Virus record (IMG/VR): IMGVR_UViG_3300025652_000059
Span: 1,497 to 65,496 of that record
From: a virus
Taxonomy: Duplodnaviria > Caudoviricetes
Direction: 5' to 3' (one strand)
Length of the DNA: 64,000 nt
This document shows, in pieces, positions 19,587 through 30,439 of this stretch. Numbering within the stretch: the stretch's first letter is position 1; each line of letters opens with the position of its first letter. Position numbers and translations under genes: made by a program. The notes below the pieces were generated by a model that had not been told where the DNA came from, searched no databases, and saw only the letters and a list, made by a program, of their open reading frames with translations.

Positions 19587-22500
19587 TATTGTTCCTTGGC
19601 TGTCAATGTCATCTGAATTACTCCACTATTATTAGATAGTGACGTTGCTTTAAGATATATGGCCTTATCATTTAAAAGACCTCTCGATACACCTCTACGA
19701 TCTGTTTCGAATATGTTGCCTAGAGGTATCTCCGTAGGATCATCAGCACCAACAAAAAACGATGATATATTAGTGCCCGGTCTAAGAGGCTGTAATGTTG
19801 ATGTATCATATTCACAAGATTCTAATCTCTCAACAGTATTAAACGCACATGGAGTATCTTCATTTCCTAGAGATCCATAATTTTCAATAGATATATTCGG
19901 ATTAGATTGCGATGACTCAGTTATAAGTTGTGGATTATGCGTCTTAACTACACCATCGGCAGTGATCTCTTCTATAACTATACTATTTATAACTGCGTTA
20001 TTTTTTAGTGCAAACACTGGATAAAAGGGTTGCGCTCCAAACGGCACTATCTTTAATATCTCAAACTTCTTGTCAGTAAATCTAGCGGCTCCTGATTCAG
20101 TCCTAGACTCTAACTTCCAATCATCTCTTAGTGTAAGAGTTTTAAGCTGAATAGTGCCGGTACTTAAATCAGCAATTAGATTTTGCTCAGTGTTTCCATT
20201 TCCAAGACTTGCATAGAAATAGTTATTACCTGTGCCAGGTCTAAATACCTTACTTTCAAAGAATTTTCCAGTCCCAACAAACTCAGTTCCTATTTCGGCA
20301 GAGTCGTCAAGCGTGACTGATGAATCGTCAGGCCCAGAAACATTGTTTCCGAATGTCACCTTATAGAATTCACCGGCAGGATAGCCGGTATCTGATCCAT
20401 CTGAAAGTACTACAGGATTGGTGTCTGCAAGTTGATAATCAAATACCCCAACCTCTCCCTCAACCGCCTGTATTCTTCCTGCTTGAGATCTATTGGCTGT
20501 ATTAGGATATCCTTGCCATGTTACAGGGCTTTCATTAAGACGAGGATCTGTATCGAATTTGTGCCCGTATGAAGAGTCCCACTCTAAATCAGTTGCTCTT
20601 TTAATTGCATCATAGTGTGCAGAAGCATGGCTAAATTTTAGTAGAGGATACTCGTTTATATCAAAACTTTTGAATGTGTCGGGACTAGAAGATGTTTTAA
20701 ATTCAACCTTCTCCTGACCATCATTAGTGCCGGCATCAATTGGAAGATACGGAGTTACGGTTATACCAAAATCTGCAAAATGTCTAGATGAATATGTACC
20801 ATCTCTAGATATTGGATTCAGCCAATGAATTTTAAACTTATTTGAATATATCGGAGTTTTTGATGCGACTATAGTATAGAAGCCACTTAGCTTACCCGAA
20901 AAAGAATCTTTAGTCTTGGGGTCAACATAGCTGATTCCGTCACCCTTTACTCCCCTGCTTATACTTTGAGCAGTCAGTTCATACTTAGCATCACGATCTA
21001 CCATTAATATACGGCTACTTCTATTATCGGCAAATGATCCATAGTCTACATATGCGCCATAAACACCATCAGCGATAATCTTTGCTTTATCATCTTGTGC
21101 GTTTAGTTTTTTCAATACTGTTGCCGTACCATTACCAACAGCCGAATACCCTGTGACGTTAGTTTGTAATATAATCCGACTATTACTTCTAGATGCGACT
21201 AAATATTCTGCCCCATTAACGACTAAAGTGTCACCTCTATATATGCTAGTGGCATAAGATGTAAAGTCTCCATCAACATTTGGTGATCCGGCTGTAATCG
21301 TCAGACCAGTCAATTCTGGATTGGCTATTGATGCAATACTGACAGTGGTAGGACTTTCAAATTTAAAGTCTAGGTATCTAGTGTCTGGATGATCACCAGA
21401 ACTCACTATGCTAGGAGAAAGATTAAAATGTATTCCGTCAGGCGATCCCTTTATCTCTTCTATGTCAATTCTACATGGCTCTGATGCGCTGACTGAGACC
21501 TTGATAGGATAGCATTTTTTACTGTTGGGTACTTTTACGCCGTCTCTATTTAATATATCGTTTTTGGGAAGTATCCCTAGAATTGCTGTATTAGTTAAGA
21601 ATGGTTTCGAGTCAACAGTTGTTGTTGCAAGTCTCACTGTTCCCTCGTCTCCACCGTCAACATAATAGCTACTACCGTACTTATATACGAACTGCGGGGC
21701 TTTCATTGTAGACGAATTACTACAAGAAGTAAGGTACTTAAACTTGAAGTCTGGATTATTGAGTACGGGTTTACCTAGTCCATTCTCGATTATGAATGTG
21801 TGCATTAGTACCCATCTAGCTTCTCCGTTACCAACAGGAACATACGCATAGAATTTTGCTCCGATTGCTCCGTACCAAGAGAACTCAATCTTGTACATTG
21901 TCACATCTTCAAAAGATAATATATAACCAGAATCTCCTGATCCTAATAGAGAATCTCCGTTAAATCTACTTCTAGGTATGACTGTCTCATGTAAACCCTG
22001 AGAATTATTTACACCCTTAACATAAACTACATCTGTAGATTGATCGGTAGTCCTTAATCCCTGACGAACGAGGAGATCATCGGGCATCCGTATCGTACTT
22101 CTTCGTATGATATTGAACTGGCTTCCCTTTAATTGAAACATATACTCATCAGTTTCATTAGAGCATCCCCACTCCAGAACACTTGCTAGAGATGTTGGAT
22201 CAGCTTTCATTCTAGTCCCGAAAGTGAATCCACTAGCCCTACCAGGTTGATACCTAAAAGATCTTTTACTTTCAAGTATTGCGAATCTATCTCCAAGCGG
22301 AGATCCACCCGGTCTACATTGAGTTTTAGCAAAATTAGATAGAATGTCGTAGTCACCAGTTTGTTTATAGTCTGTGATAGCGGTGTTTAGAGGCGGCCAA
22401 GTGTCCAAGTTGTCCTTGATTAAATCAAGGAAATATGTCCAAGATTCTATTTGATCGTAGCATAGTTGCTCGTCTTCGTTTGCATACTTAACGTCATGAA

Positions 22501-23224
22501 AGCTACCACTACCAACAAATGCGCCACCACCACTAGGGTCCCATGTGATGCTAAGTTTATTGTCATCACTATCTACGATATATGCAATGTCGTCACTTAT
22601 AAAAAACTTTTCTGCGAATGTTAAGTCAATAGTTGCGAATGTATTGTAGAAAAATTTACCTAGAGCGATGAAGTTCATATACAGTCTAAACTCTTCTGTT
22701 GGGCTCTGCTCTCGCCTTTCTACAGGTCCTCTGGGGTAGCTATATTGTGATGGGTATTGACTTAAATATAATGCTTGCTCTGTAGACCCTTCGTAAAACT
22801 TAGGTTGACTTCTCCTACCATAGATAGGATTCATTTTTTGATACCACTGATAAGGATTTCTATTATCAGAAAAGTTGTATGTACTCCACTGCTCTTCATC
22901 TAGGCCATATGTCGCAACATCAGCAAATAAACTTAATTGCTCCTCTGCTCTAGGGACACCTAGTAATGAAGAACTTACGTCAGAAGTTTCTGAAAATTTC
23001 TCTTCAACTTTAAGATACCCGCCATCAAATTCCCCATTATTCACATGAACAGATAATGCGTTTTGTGCTGACGTAAATGCGCCTGAAGCAGCCTCCTCTT
23101 CTGTTACGAGAGGATTACCTGCGGCATCAAAAAGCTTTGTGCCCTCGATGTCTACAAGTTGTGTAAACTGCTTCGTGACTGGAGCCGGTATCTTGTCCAG
23201 TCCAACCTTTATCTGCTTTCCCAT
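19586..23224 (-). CDS. large virion structural protein (paralog of 23228-27382)
   Basis: SLLGVPRAE, SKRSFRYQPGR, KIEFSWYGAIGA..AYVPVGNGEARWV and KYGSSYYVDGGDEGTVRL are shared with the neighbour. Confidence 0.8.
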   Translation of the reverse strand: MGKQIKVGLDKIPAPVTKQFTQLVDIEGTKLFDAAGNPLVTEEEAASGAFTSAQNALSVHVNNGEFDGGYLKVEEKFSETSDVSSSLLGVPRAEEQLSLFADVATYGLDEEQWSTYNFSDNRNPYQWYQKMNPIYGRRSQPKFYEGSTEQALYLSQYPSQYSYPRGPVERREQSPTEEFRLYMNFIALGKFFYNTFATIDLTFAEKFFISDDIAYIVDSDDNKLSITWDPSGGGAFVGSGSFHDVKYANEDEQLCYDQIESWTYFLDLIKDNLDTWPPLNTAITDYKQTGDYDILSNFAKTQCRPGGSPLGDRFAILESKRSFRYQPGRASGFTFGTRMKADPTSLASVLEWGCSNETDEYMFQLKGSQFNIIRRSTIRMPDDLLVRQGLRTTDQSTDVVYVKGVNNSQGLHETVIPRSRFNGDSLLGSGDSGYILSFEDVTMYKIEFSWYGAIGAKFYAYVPVGNGEARWVLMHTFIIENGLGKPVLNNPDFKFKYLTSCSNSSTMKAPQFVYKYGSSYYVDGGDEGTVRLATTTVDSKPFLTNTAILGILPKNDILNRDGVKVPNSKKCYPIKVSVSASEPCRIDIEEIKGSPDGIHFNLSPSIVSSGDHPDTRYLDFKFESPTTVSIASIANPELTGLTITAGSPNVDGDFTSYATSIYRGDTLVVNGAEYLVASRSNSRIILQTNVTGYSAVGNGTATVLKKLNAQDDKAKIIADGVYGAYVDYGSFADNRSSRILMVDRDAKYELTAQSISRGVKGDGISYVDPKTKDSFSGKLSGFYTIVASKTPIYSNKFKIHWLNPISRDGTYSSRHFADFGITVTPYLPIDAGTNDGQEKVEFKTSSSPDTFKSFDINEYPLLKFSHASAHYDAIKRATDLEWDSSYGHKFDTDPRLNESPVTWQGYPNTANRSQAGRIQAVEGEVGVFDYQLADTNPVVLSDGSDTGYPAGEFYKVTFGNNVSGPDDSSVTLDDSAEIGTEFVGTGKFFESKVFRPGTGNNYFYASLGNGNTEQNLIADLSTGTIQLKTLTLRDDWKLESRTESGAARFTDKKFEILKIVPFGAQPFYPVFALKNNAVINSIVIEEITADGVVKTHNPQLITESSQSNPNISIENYGSLGNEDTPCAFNTVERLESCEYDTSTLQPLRPGTNISSFFVGADDPTEIPLGNIFETDRRGVSRGLLNDKAIYLKATSLSNNSGVIQMTLTAKEQ

Positions 23225-23227
23225 AAA

Positions 23228-26200
23228 CTACTGCTCTTCCCATGTTACACCCAAACTTACGAATTCCTCATCACCCGTTGACAACTCTTCCGAGTCAACT
23301 GCAAAATAGAGACTATCAGCAATATTGGTCAATGGGAAAGAGAGATACTCTTTATTGTAATCAAAATATGTATTCAAGTCAAACTGTTCTGTTCCAGATC
23401 GTAAGTATATAGTCGCTACATTTATGCCAGTTCCAGGTATAGGTACAACACTGTTTGACACGAGTTCTACAGAACTTAGGCCTTCTTTTTCACTAGTAGT
23501 TTTAGTGTTTGTTGCAGTTGTAGGCTGACCATCAGAACCAAATTTGAGATCTGGTAAGAACCCTTCGTCTGCGGCTGACGCACTAGCACCCGATAATAAT
23601 GTTACTGTTCCCTCATAAGATTCCATAAGTTCGAAGTAATACTGATCAGCCTCTTTATATACTCTACCAAAGACAGTTAGATCGTCAGCAACAATTCTTG
23701 CTCTCCACCATCCATAGACGCTCTCACCGTTACCCATGTATGATGCATTAGCATGAACAGGCAGGGGAAGGTTCGCACTAGTAATAGGATAATTTGCACT
23801 AAGAACAAGATTATTAGTAGTTGTAGTGTGAGTCTGGAACAATGGAGTCTTCTTAAATCTAAGTCTTAGATTATTACCTGAACTTGCGCCCGCCGGAATA
23901 TTCGAAGATGACAGCTTAGTAGGATATACTTGTACTCTGTTTCTCACAGCATTACTTTCTCTCGTACTAAGTATCTCTTTCTTAGTCTCGATACCAAAAA
24001 TATTATCTGCCCTATCTGGGGAAAGAGTAATGGAGCTACTACTATCTAACGGTCTAGATAGATAAACTTTAGTAGCATCGGCCCAAACAACCTCAATGTT
24101 CTGATCTAGTTTGGTACTTGTTTTGACTGATGCTCCCATAAAGAATCTAGGATCTATACCGCCAGCTACGACAATACTAGGCATAGCTATGCCTCTAATT
24201 TCAGTATCAGCCTCTGTATATGTCCCACCTTGTGCGAATTGTTTACCACTGATAGTTACAGCATTGTCGTTGTTATGACTGTATAAACGAACAGTACCAC
24301 GGTCACCACCATCGATGTAGTATGAAGCACCATACTTAACAATGTGATGAGATTCGTTTCCATATCCATAGTTAGCATCATTAATGTCTTCTAGATCACC
24401 TAAACAATATTGCGAACCACCACCGTAAGTAGTATAAGTAATAGGCAATGTTGCGTTACCAAGAGATGCAATCTTCAACTGATTCGATGCTCTTAGATGA
24501 TGTACTCGTACCCATCGTGCTTCACCGTTACCGACTGGAACATATGCTAAGAACAACGCACCAACAGCACCATACCAAGAGAACTCTACTTTAAGCATCG
24601 TTACTTTAGTGAAGTCGAAGTTATATACACTTGACTGCTTCTCATCTACATCAGCAGTTACTGTATAGTTTTCACCAGGTCTAACTGTTCCTGCAACACC
24701 AGTTGCTAAATCACTGTAAACTCTGTTTCTAGAGTTATTTTCATCTGTCGCAAGTATTCCGTCTAGGGCATCATGACTGAATCTTGATCGAGGTACACGA
24801 TATTCATACACTCCATAGTATTCTGGTTTGACGTTATTTTTAATCCAGTTAATGTATTCTGGGAAAAAGTTTACATTATCAATCTGAGATCTAATTACAT
24901 CAACATTATCACCAGTTCCAGTTGGACCGTTAGGATCGAGTGCTGTATTCACGAATCCCATGTAGTTGTTTCCTAATCCTGAACTATTAAGATCGTCAAC
25001 AGTGGAATACATATATGGGAACATTGCTCCCTGTGGTATTGATCCAATACCTGATAATGCTTTAGTGTTAAATACTCGATGATCACCCGAAACACTGTTA
25101 CTAGCCGCTGAATTGGTGAGCGTTGCAGGAGTAGTATCAATTTCGGAAGTTAGGGTTAGCGTTGCAGAGTTAGTGACATCATAATCTTTAGGGAATATGA
25201 AAGGAACAACTGTGTCTACATATAATTTTCCGTTATCGCCAGTAATCGATGTATAATTAGCCTCTGTTAGCTGTGTTGTACCATCTACTACACTGACTGC
25301 AATGAACTCATTGCCCTTTGGCCCTTTAACACTTTTAACTTTATATATTCCACCATTAGGACAATCTGTTATTGCAACTGGAGTATCCCCAGTCCAACTA
25401 ATTTTAATATGTTGCCCAAATGTAACAAGACCCTCGGTAAGTCTAATAGTATCGGCTGCGGCTGTTGCGCCTGCTTCCATTACTGCAACAACTTTCTTAG
25501 AGTCTTTAAGTAATGATGGATCATATACGCCAGCATGGACATGAATCAGTCCATCACGAAGAGTAATTAGATTACCCGCAAATCCTCTTTTACCTACATT
25601 CATCGCACTAGTGTTCTCAGACTCGAAGTTGCCGATAATTAAGCCTGCTAATATATCAAAAGCCTTATATTCATCGCTAGAAACAGCATAACCAAACGCC
25701 TTTAACTCGTTTCGCATGATAGTCCTAAGAAGGGTGTGTCTTGCTGGTTCTGTGATACTACTAGGCACGTTAGAGTCTTGCTGAGAGTATACTGAAAGAC
25801 CTGTACCCCTAGTGAACATACTTGCATTATATACAGTTTCTGCGTTAGCATCTGCTAGAATATCATTCTTATATCCATCAATGACATACCCAACATCACG
25901 CTGACATTTATATTTAAGTTCTGTCTCAGTAAATGCGGCGCTTAGACCGACACCAGTCGGGACAGTGTAGTTAATATTACTGGCACCTGCATCGGCAATA
26001 ACATCCACAACAATACTTTTAGTAGTTACATAGTATGACCAGAACTGTTTCTTAACGTCAAAGAAAGTTTCTAACTTATCCTTAGTTCCATAGTTTACGC
26101 CCGATGTAATAGTTGCTGGCGTAAATACAGTTCCATTGTAAGAAGCTATTGTGATATCGATTAAACTTTTAAGGTCAGTTTCGGCCTGAGTGCTTAATGA

Positions 26201-27382
26201 AATACTATTAGCATCTATGTAAGTCTTAAACGCTTGGTGTACTGGCGTTTCAAATACTGTTGGTTGAGCAGGGAATACACCAACTCTTACATTGTTATTA
26301 CCAGTGTCATAATCAAAATCAGTACCACCAGACAGCGCAAAGTTAGTTGTATTGATCTTTGTGTGTGCATCACCACCGTGCTTTAAATCGAGAAGATAGT
26401 TATCTATCCAGTAGTCTAGATCTCGTTTACACTTAGCTTTTATTTGATCCACAGTAAAGCCGGAGATACCGTTCACAGCGTTATAGGCTGCCACAAAGTC
26501 AGCATAATATCCGCTACCAGTTGTAGTTGCAGTTGATCCTACAATGGTTTGACCAGAAGCAGGTGTACCATAAGTTCCTATTGCACTCGCAAGTACTGCA
26601 TCAATAATAGCAAATCTATTATCAGTTAAAATCTTTCTATCCGCAACAGCTAGACCAGCATCTTCAGATGACTTTTCGCTTGCACCTAAACCAACTATTC
26701 TATAGTCGTCTAGCTGAGTAGTTGTTACGTTACCGGGTGCGGCACCATCGCCTCTAAGTGGCGTAGTAGCGGCAGTAGCGCCTCCTATACCATATGTGCT
26801 TAGTGGAGCATTTGGAAGAGATTGCGTTCTACGAACTACACCAAAGTTATCACCTTGAGCGTTATTTCTAGTTTCCCAGTAGTAGCCATCATACTTATCA
26901 TAGATACCAAACTTGCGAATGGCAGGATTCTGTGCAAAGTTTGCAATAGATACAGAACTCTTAACACCGAAAGTGGCGGCAGATACACGACCTGGCTGAT
27001 ATCTGAAGAAACGCTTAGATGTCAATACCGCTGTCTTGTTTCGAGATGCCTCTACGAGCGCACCGGCTTCTGTAGGGAGATGCTGTACACCATCGCCTGG
27101 AATATGGAACGCAGGCTGCATTGACCATTCTGACGGGTTAACGTCATAAGTATTTACGTCAGCAAAGATACCTAGTGCAACTTCTGCTCTTGGAATACCT
27201 AGAAGCGATAGTGCTACTTCAGACTGAACCTTATTCTGCTCAACAACAGGAATAGGAGTCTGATCCGAAGCCATTACTACTGGTATAGACTTGTCAGCGT
27301 TTTGGGCGCCTGGTGATACAGGAGTCGTCCTACCTACGTTTACTACTGATGTGTTTTGGTTTACATTTGTAATACTTGACAT
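23228..27382 (-). CDS. large virion structural protein (paralog of 19586-23224)
   Basis: SLLGIPRAE, SKRFFRYQPGR and KVEFSWYGAVGA..AYVPVGNGEARWV; two internal KCxRD helical repeats. Confidence 0.8.
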   Translation of the reverse strand: MSSITNVNQNTSVVNVGRTTPVSPGAQNADKSIPVVMASDQTPIPVVEQNKVQSEVALSLLGIPRAEVALGIFADVNTYDVNPSEWSMQPAFHIPGDGVQHLPTEAGALVEASRNKTAVLTSKRFFRYQPGRVSAATFGVKSSVSIANFAQNPAIRKFGIYDKYDGYYWETRNNAQGDNFGVVRRTQSLPNAPLSTYGIGGATAATTPLRGDGAAPGNVTTTQLDDYRIVGLGASEKSSEDAGLAVADRKILTDNRFAIIDAVLASAIGTYGTPASGQTIVGSTATTTGSGYYADFVAAYNAVNGISGFTVDQIKAKCKRDLDYWIDNYLLDLKHGGDAHTKINTTNFALSGGTDFDYDTGNNNVRVGVFPAQPTVFETPVHQAFKTYIDANSISLSTQAETDLKSLIDITIASYNGTVFTPATITSGVNYGTKDKLETFFDVKKQFWSYYVTTKSIVVDVIADAGASNINYTVPTGVGLSAAFTETELKYKCQRDVGYVIDGYKNDILADANAETVYNASMFTRGTGLSVYSQQDSNVPSSITEPARHTLLRTIMRNELKAFGYAVSSDEYKAFDILAGLIIGNFESENTSAMNVGKRGFAGNLITLRDGLIHVHAGVYDPSLLKDSKKVVAVMEAGATAAADTIRLTEGLVTFGQHIKISWTGDTPVAITDCPNGGIYKVKSVKGPKGNEFIAVSVVDGTTQLTEANYTSITGDNGKLYVDTVVPFIFPKDYDVTNSATLTLTSEIDTTPATLTNSAASNSVSGDHRVFNTKALSGIGSIPQGAMFPYMYSTVDDLNSSGLGNNYMGFVNTALDPNGPTGTGDNVDVIRSQIDNVNFFPEYINWIKNNVKPEYYGVYEYRVPRSRFSHDALDGILATDENNSRNRVYSDLATGVAGTVRPGENYTVTADVDEKQSSVYNFDFTKVTMLKVEFSWYGAVGALFLAYVPVGNGEARWVRVHHLRASNQLKIASLGNATLPITYTTYGGGSQYCLGDLEDINDANYGYGNESHHIVKYGASYYIDGGDRGTVRLYSHNNDNAVTISGKQFAQGGTYTEADTEIRGIAMPSIVVAGGIDPRFFMGASVKTSTKLDQNIEVVWADATKVYLSRPLDSSSSITLSPDRADNIFGIETKKEILSTRESNAVRNRVQVYPTKLSSSNIPAGASSGNNLRLRFKKTPLFQTHTTTTNNLVLSANYPITSANLPLPVHANASYMGNGESVYGWWRARIVADDLTVFGRVYKEADQYYFELMESYEGTVTLLSGASASAADEGFLPDLKFGSDGQPTTATNTKTTSEKEGLSSVELVSNSVVPIPGTGINVATIYLRSGTEQFDLNTYFDYNKEYLSFPLTNIADSLYFAVDSEELSTGDEEFVSLGVTWEEQ

Positions 27383-27391
27383 TTCTTTTTC

Positions 27392-30300
27392 CTATTTAAT
27401 AAGCCCTTGTGCCATCACAAAGTCGTCTACTATATTTATTGTTCCTGTATTTTCAGTTCCTCTGGTACACCCTGCTCCAGTAGCACCATCGACACTTGCG
27501 GCAGTAGCGCCGTCACCTGAGCCCCAATATTTCAGACTGAGCGTTGTTCCACCAAGACCAATAGCAACAATTTCTGCAAGACCTGAATTTGGATCTGCGT
27601 GAAGCGCAAAACTGGTGTGTTCATATATTCTAACGAATTGTCCAACCGAAAGTGGAGTAGAAATCGACACTGTAGTGTTAACTGTATACACAGGATCAGT
27701 TGTCGAGGCACCGTAACTACCACTAGTAGCCCAAGATCCAGAACCAGTTATAGAAGCAACTTTAGCATCATATCTGTAACTAGCTGACCAAGCCAAACCA
27801 ACATGAGATGATCCGAATGGGTGTATCTTAGTAGCATCGCTCACACTTGTTTTGGTGTTTGCGGCATAAAGAGACTGTAGACTAGCAGGAGAATATATAC
27901 CAGTCCTAATTTTAGTGTAGTCTGGATCTGATATCTGGAACTGGAACTGTCCTTTATTTCTAGTGATATGTGGTTCAGATGCAGGAACGTCAGTGAATGT
28001 AATAGGTGTGTTAGTACCATTTCCATATCCCACAAACTCACTAGGTGTACAAAATCCGGTCGAACCGCTAGGCGTAACAATACCACTATATGTAAACTCA
28101 GTGCCTGCGTTACTATTAATCGCTCCATGAGTAGTCCAAGTAACATCACCGGGCTCTACAATTACATATCTTTTACCAACAACAAATGTGTTGTGAGCAT
28201 TTCCATCAATCCCAGTTGCGCCTGGCCCAACAAATGTTCCATATTTCTGAGTAGATCCGTCACTCAACTGTTGAACAAGATTTAGTCTATACACTATACT
28301 ACTAGAGAAGCCAGTGCTTGTATATGCAAGATCAAATGCCGCTCCATTTTCTTGATATACTAATACATCACTGCTGTATGGTGCAGTATCTCCTAGTTGC
28401 TCTAGATATATGTTTATTGAGTCGTATTCACTATTCAATATGTCTGGACTAGATAAGAACTCATTAGCCGCACCCATAAGAACATTAGGAGAGGATACTA
28501 AGAATGTTGACCCATATACAAACAGGCCAGATCCACAAGCTTTAATAATATTATTTGCAATAGCACCCTCTGATGTGATAGACGCATCTATATTATCAGT
28601 AAAGTTTTCGAATCTGTTTCCTGTAATAATTGTCGAACTACCATTATCAATTACTAAGGGAGAGAATGTAAATCTATCTGTGACTCCACTGTTAACAACT
28701 TCACTCGCAGTCATCTTGAACTGATTGGGACTTGTTGCGTATATGCCCGCACCAACTTGGTTTTTAAATCTTGTCCTATCTAATATAATAGAAGTTGGAT
28801 TAGAACCCAAATCAACTAAAAAGTTCAATGATGGATCAGAATCATCGTTGAGTAAATATTGATTCAATAGGTTTCCATCAAAGTCCACTCCAACAAATGA
28901 AATATTCTGTGCATTAGTTGGTTGGGTCGATTTGACTAGACTGTTATCAGCATTTGCCCCATTATAACCACTCCAAGGCAGTTTTTTAATTTTTGTAATG
29001 TTAGCTGTTCCAACTAAACCAAAGTCATCTGGCACACTAATGTGAGTAGCGTTATATGTTTTAGCATTAAGAGATAAGCTTCTTCTACCCGATGTAGACT
29101 TAGAAGAAATTGCCGCAGTGATTAGACTAGTATCATTATGTGCCAACTGAACAGCATCAGATGTATTTACAAAAGATGATGTTGTTAATCCAATATCAAA
29201 AGAAGAAACATTCTGAGTAATAGTCGATATTGTTACATCAGTCCACCCTCTCTGTGCAGTAGATGGGGCAGTTAGTGGGAAATGCGTTATTGAAGAATAG
29301 CTATTATCAATAGAGTTTTTTCCAGACCAGCTAGTGTAATCGAATGTGTGATAATCTTTCCAGTTCGGTAACTCTTTATCACCTAGAACAGCAATCAATT
29401 TATAATCTGTTGAAGGTGCTACACCACCGGGTGCTATCGCCCTATAGATTAATACGCCTTGAGGATCGTTACCAACAGCGTATCCGCTAATAGAAAGTGC
29501 TATAAACTTATCAGTATTGAATGATGTAGACGATGCATCGAATACCACATTACCTGCATTATAGACATTAACGCTTTGTGCTGGCGAGGCTGGCGTAATC
29601 TCTCCAGTCTTTAAATTATAGAAGCATATCTTGTATGAGAAGTTTTTACTATTTGTGCCTGTGCCAGAAGTAAATCCGGTACTTACAGTGACTCCGAGAT
29701 TGCCTGCTGTGGGTGCAGTAGTTATATTACTGTCTGTTAGATTTGCACCATATAGTCTTAAAATTTGTCCAGGCTGAAAGCTAAGTGCTAATGTGCTATC
29801 TGGATCTGGTACACGAATAGTAGAAGACTGGTTAGTAGTAACATTTAAGAATGTCCCAGAGACATCCATCAAACTATCGCCTACTCCACCGCCATCAAAT
29901 GTATCGCTATAACTATTAAACAATGCTCCAAAGCTTTGAGTAAGTTGAGTGATCACCTTATCGTTTGTATAATACTCGTTAGTATTTCCTTCTCTAAGGA
30001 AATCTGTTGTCATTGTTCTGCTGGTTGCGCCTGCGCCAGAAACAAGTATGGACTCTGATGCATTATCATATTTTATATATTCTGGGCTATTCTCAAGCTG
30101 ACCAAGATCAGTAATAATATCCGGCTTACCATTTAGATTATTATAATTTCTAAAGTAAGTTGAGTCTCTATATTGACCATCATCCCAAAGTTTCTGAGCC
30201 TGAAGACCATTACCTACTCCAGACTGAAATGCATTCAGCTTGTTCTTTATAGTTTCTGCTTTTGATGTAAGATTTGCATCAGACAGAATCACATTAGAGA

Positions 30301-30418
30301 GATCGTCAGTCTGAATCTTCATCGACTTAGTTTGATCGACATCAGTTACTGCGAATATATCCGTAGCATCCAGTGTCTGGATTCTATCTAACTGCGAAAA
30401 CTTCTTTGTTATACTCAT
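27392..30418 (-). CDS. tailspike-like protein with right-handed beta-helix (pectin-lyase fold)
   Basis: NDTSLITAAISS..LSLNAKTY, ISFVGVDFDGN, IITGNRFEN and IANNIIKACGSGL beta-helix patterns. Confidence 0.7.
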   Translation of the reverse strand: MSITKKFSQLDRIQTLDATDIFAVTDVDQTKSMKIQTDDLSNVILSDANLTSKAETIKNKLNAFQSGVGNGLQAQKLWDDGQYRDSTYFRNYNNLNGKPDIITDLGQLENSPEYIKYDNASESILVSGAGATSRTMTTDFLREGNTNEYYTNDKVITQLTQSFGALFNSYSDTFDGGGVGDSLMDVSGTFLNVTTNQSSTIRVPDPDSTLALSFQPGQILRLYGANLTDSNITTAPTAGNLGVTVSTGFTSGTGTNSKNFSYKICFYNLKTGEITPASPAQSVNVYNAGNVVFDASSTSFNTDKFIALSISGYAVGNDPQGVLIYRAIAPGGVAPSTDYKLIAVLGDKELPNWKDYHTFDYTSWSGKNSIDNSYSSITHFPLTAPSTAQRGWTDVTISTITQNVSSFDIGLTTSSFVNTSDAVQLAHNDTSLITAAISSKSTSGRRSLSLNAKTYNATHISVPDDFGLVGTANITKIKKLPWSGYNGANADNSLVKSTQPTNAQNISFVGVDFDGNLLNQYLLNDDSDPSLNFLVDLGSNPTSIILDRTRFKNQVGAGIYATSPNQFKMTASEVVNSGVTDRFTFSPLVIDNGSSTIITGNRFENFTDNIDASITSEGAIANNIIKACGSGLFVYGSTFLVSSPNVLMGAANEFLSSPDILNSEYDSINIYLEQLGDTAPYSSDVLVYQENGAAFDLAYTSTGFSSSIVYRLNLVQQLSDGSTQKYGTFVGPGATGIDGNAHNTFVVGKRYVIVEPGDVTWTTHGAINSNAGTEFTYSGIVTPSGSTGFCTPSEFVGYGNGTNTPITFTDVPASEPHITRNKGQFQFQISDPDYTKIRTGIYSPASLQSLYAANTKTSVSDATKIHPFGSSHVGLAWSASYRYDAKVASITGSGSWATSGSYGASTTDPVYTVNTTVSISTPLSVGQFVRIYEHTSFALHADPNSGLAEIVAIGLGGTTLSLKYWGSGDGATAASVDGATGAGCTRGTENTGTINIVDDFVMAQGLIK

Positions 30419-30439
30419 TCGGACTTATCCTTGATTTAT

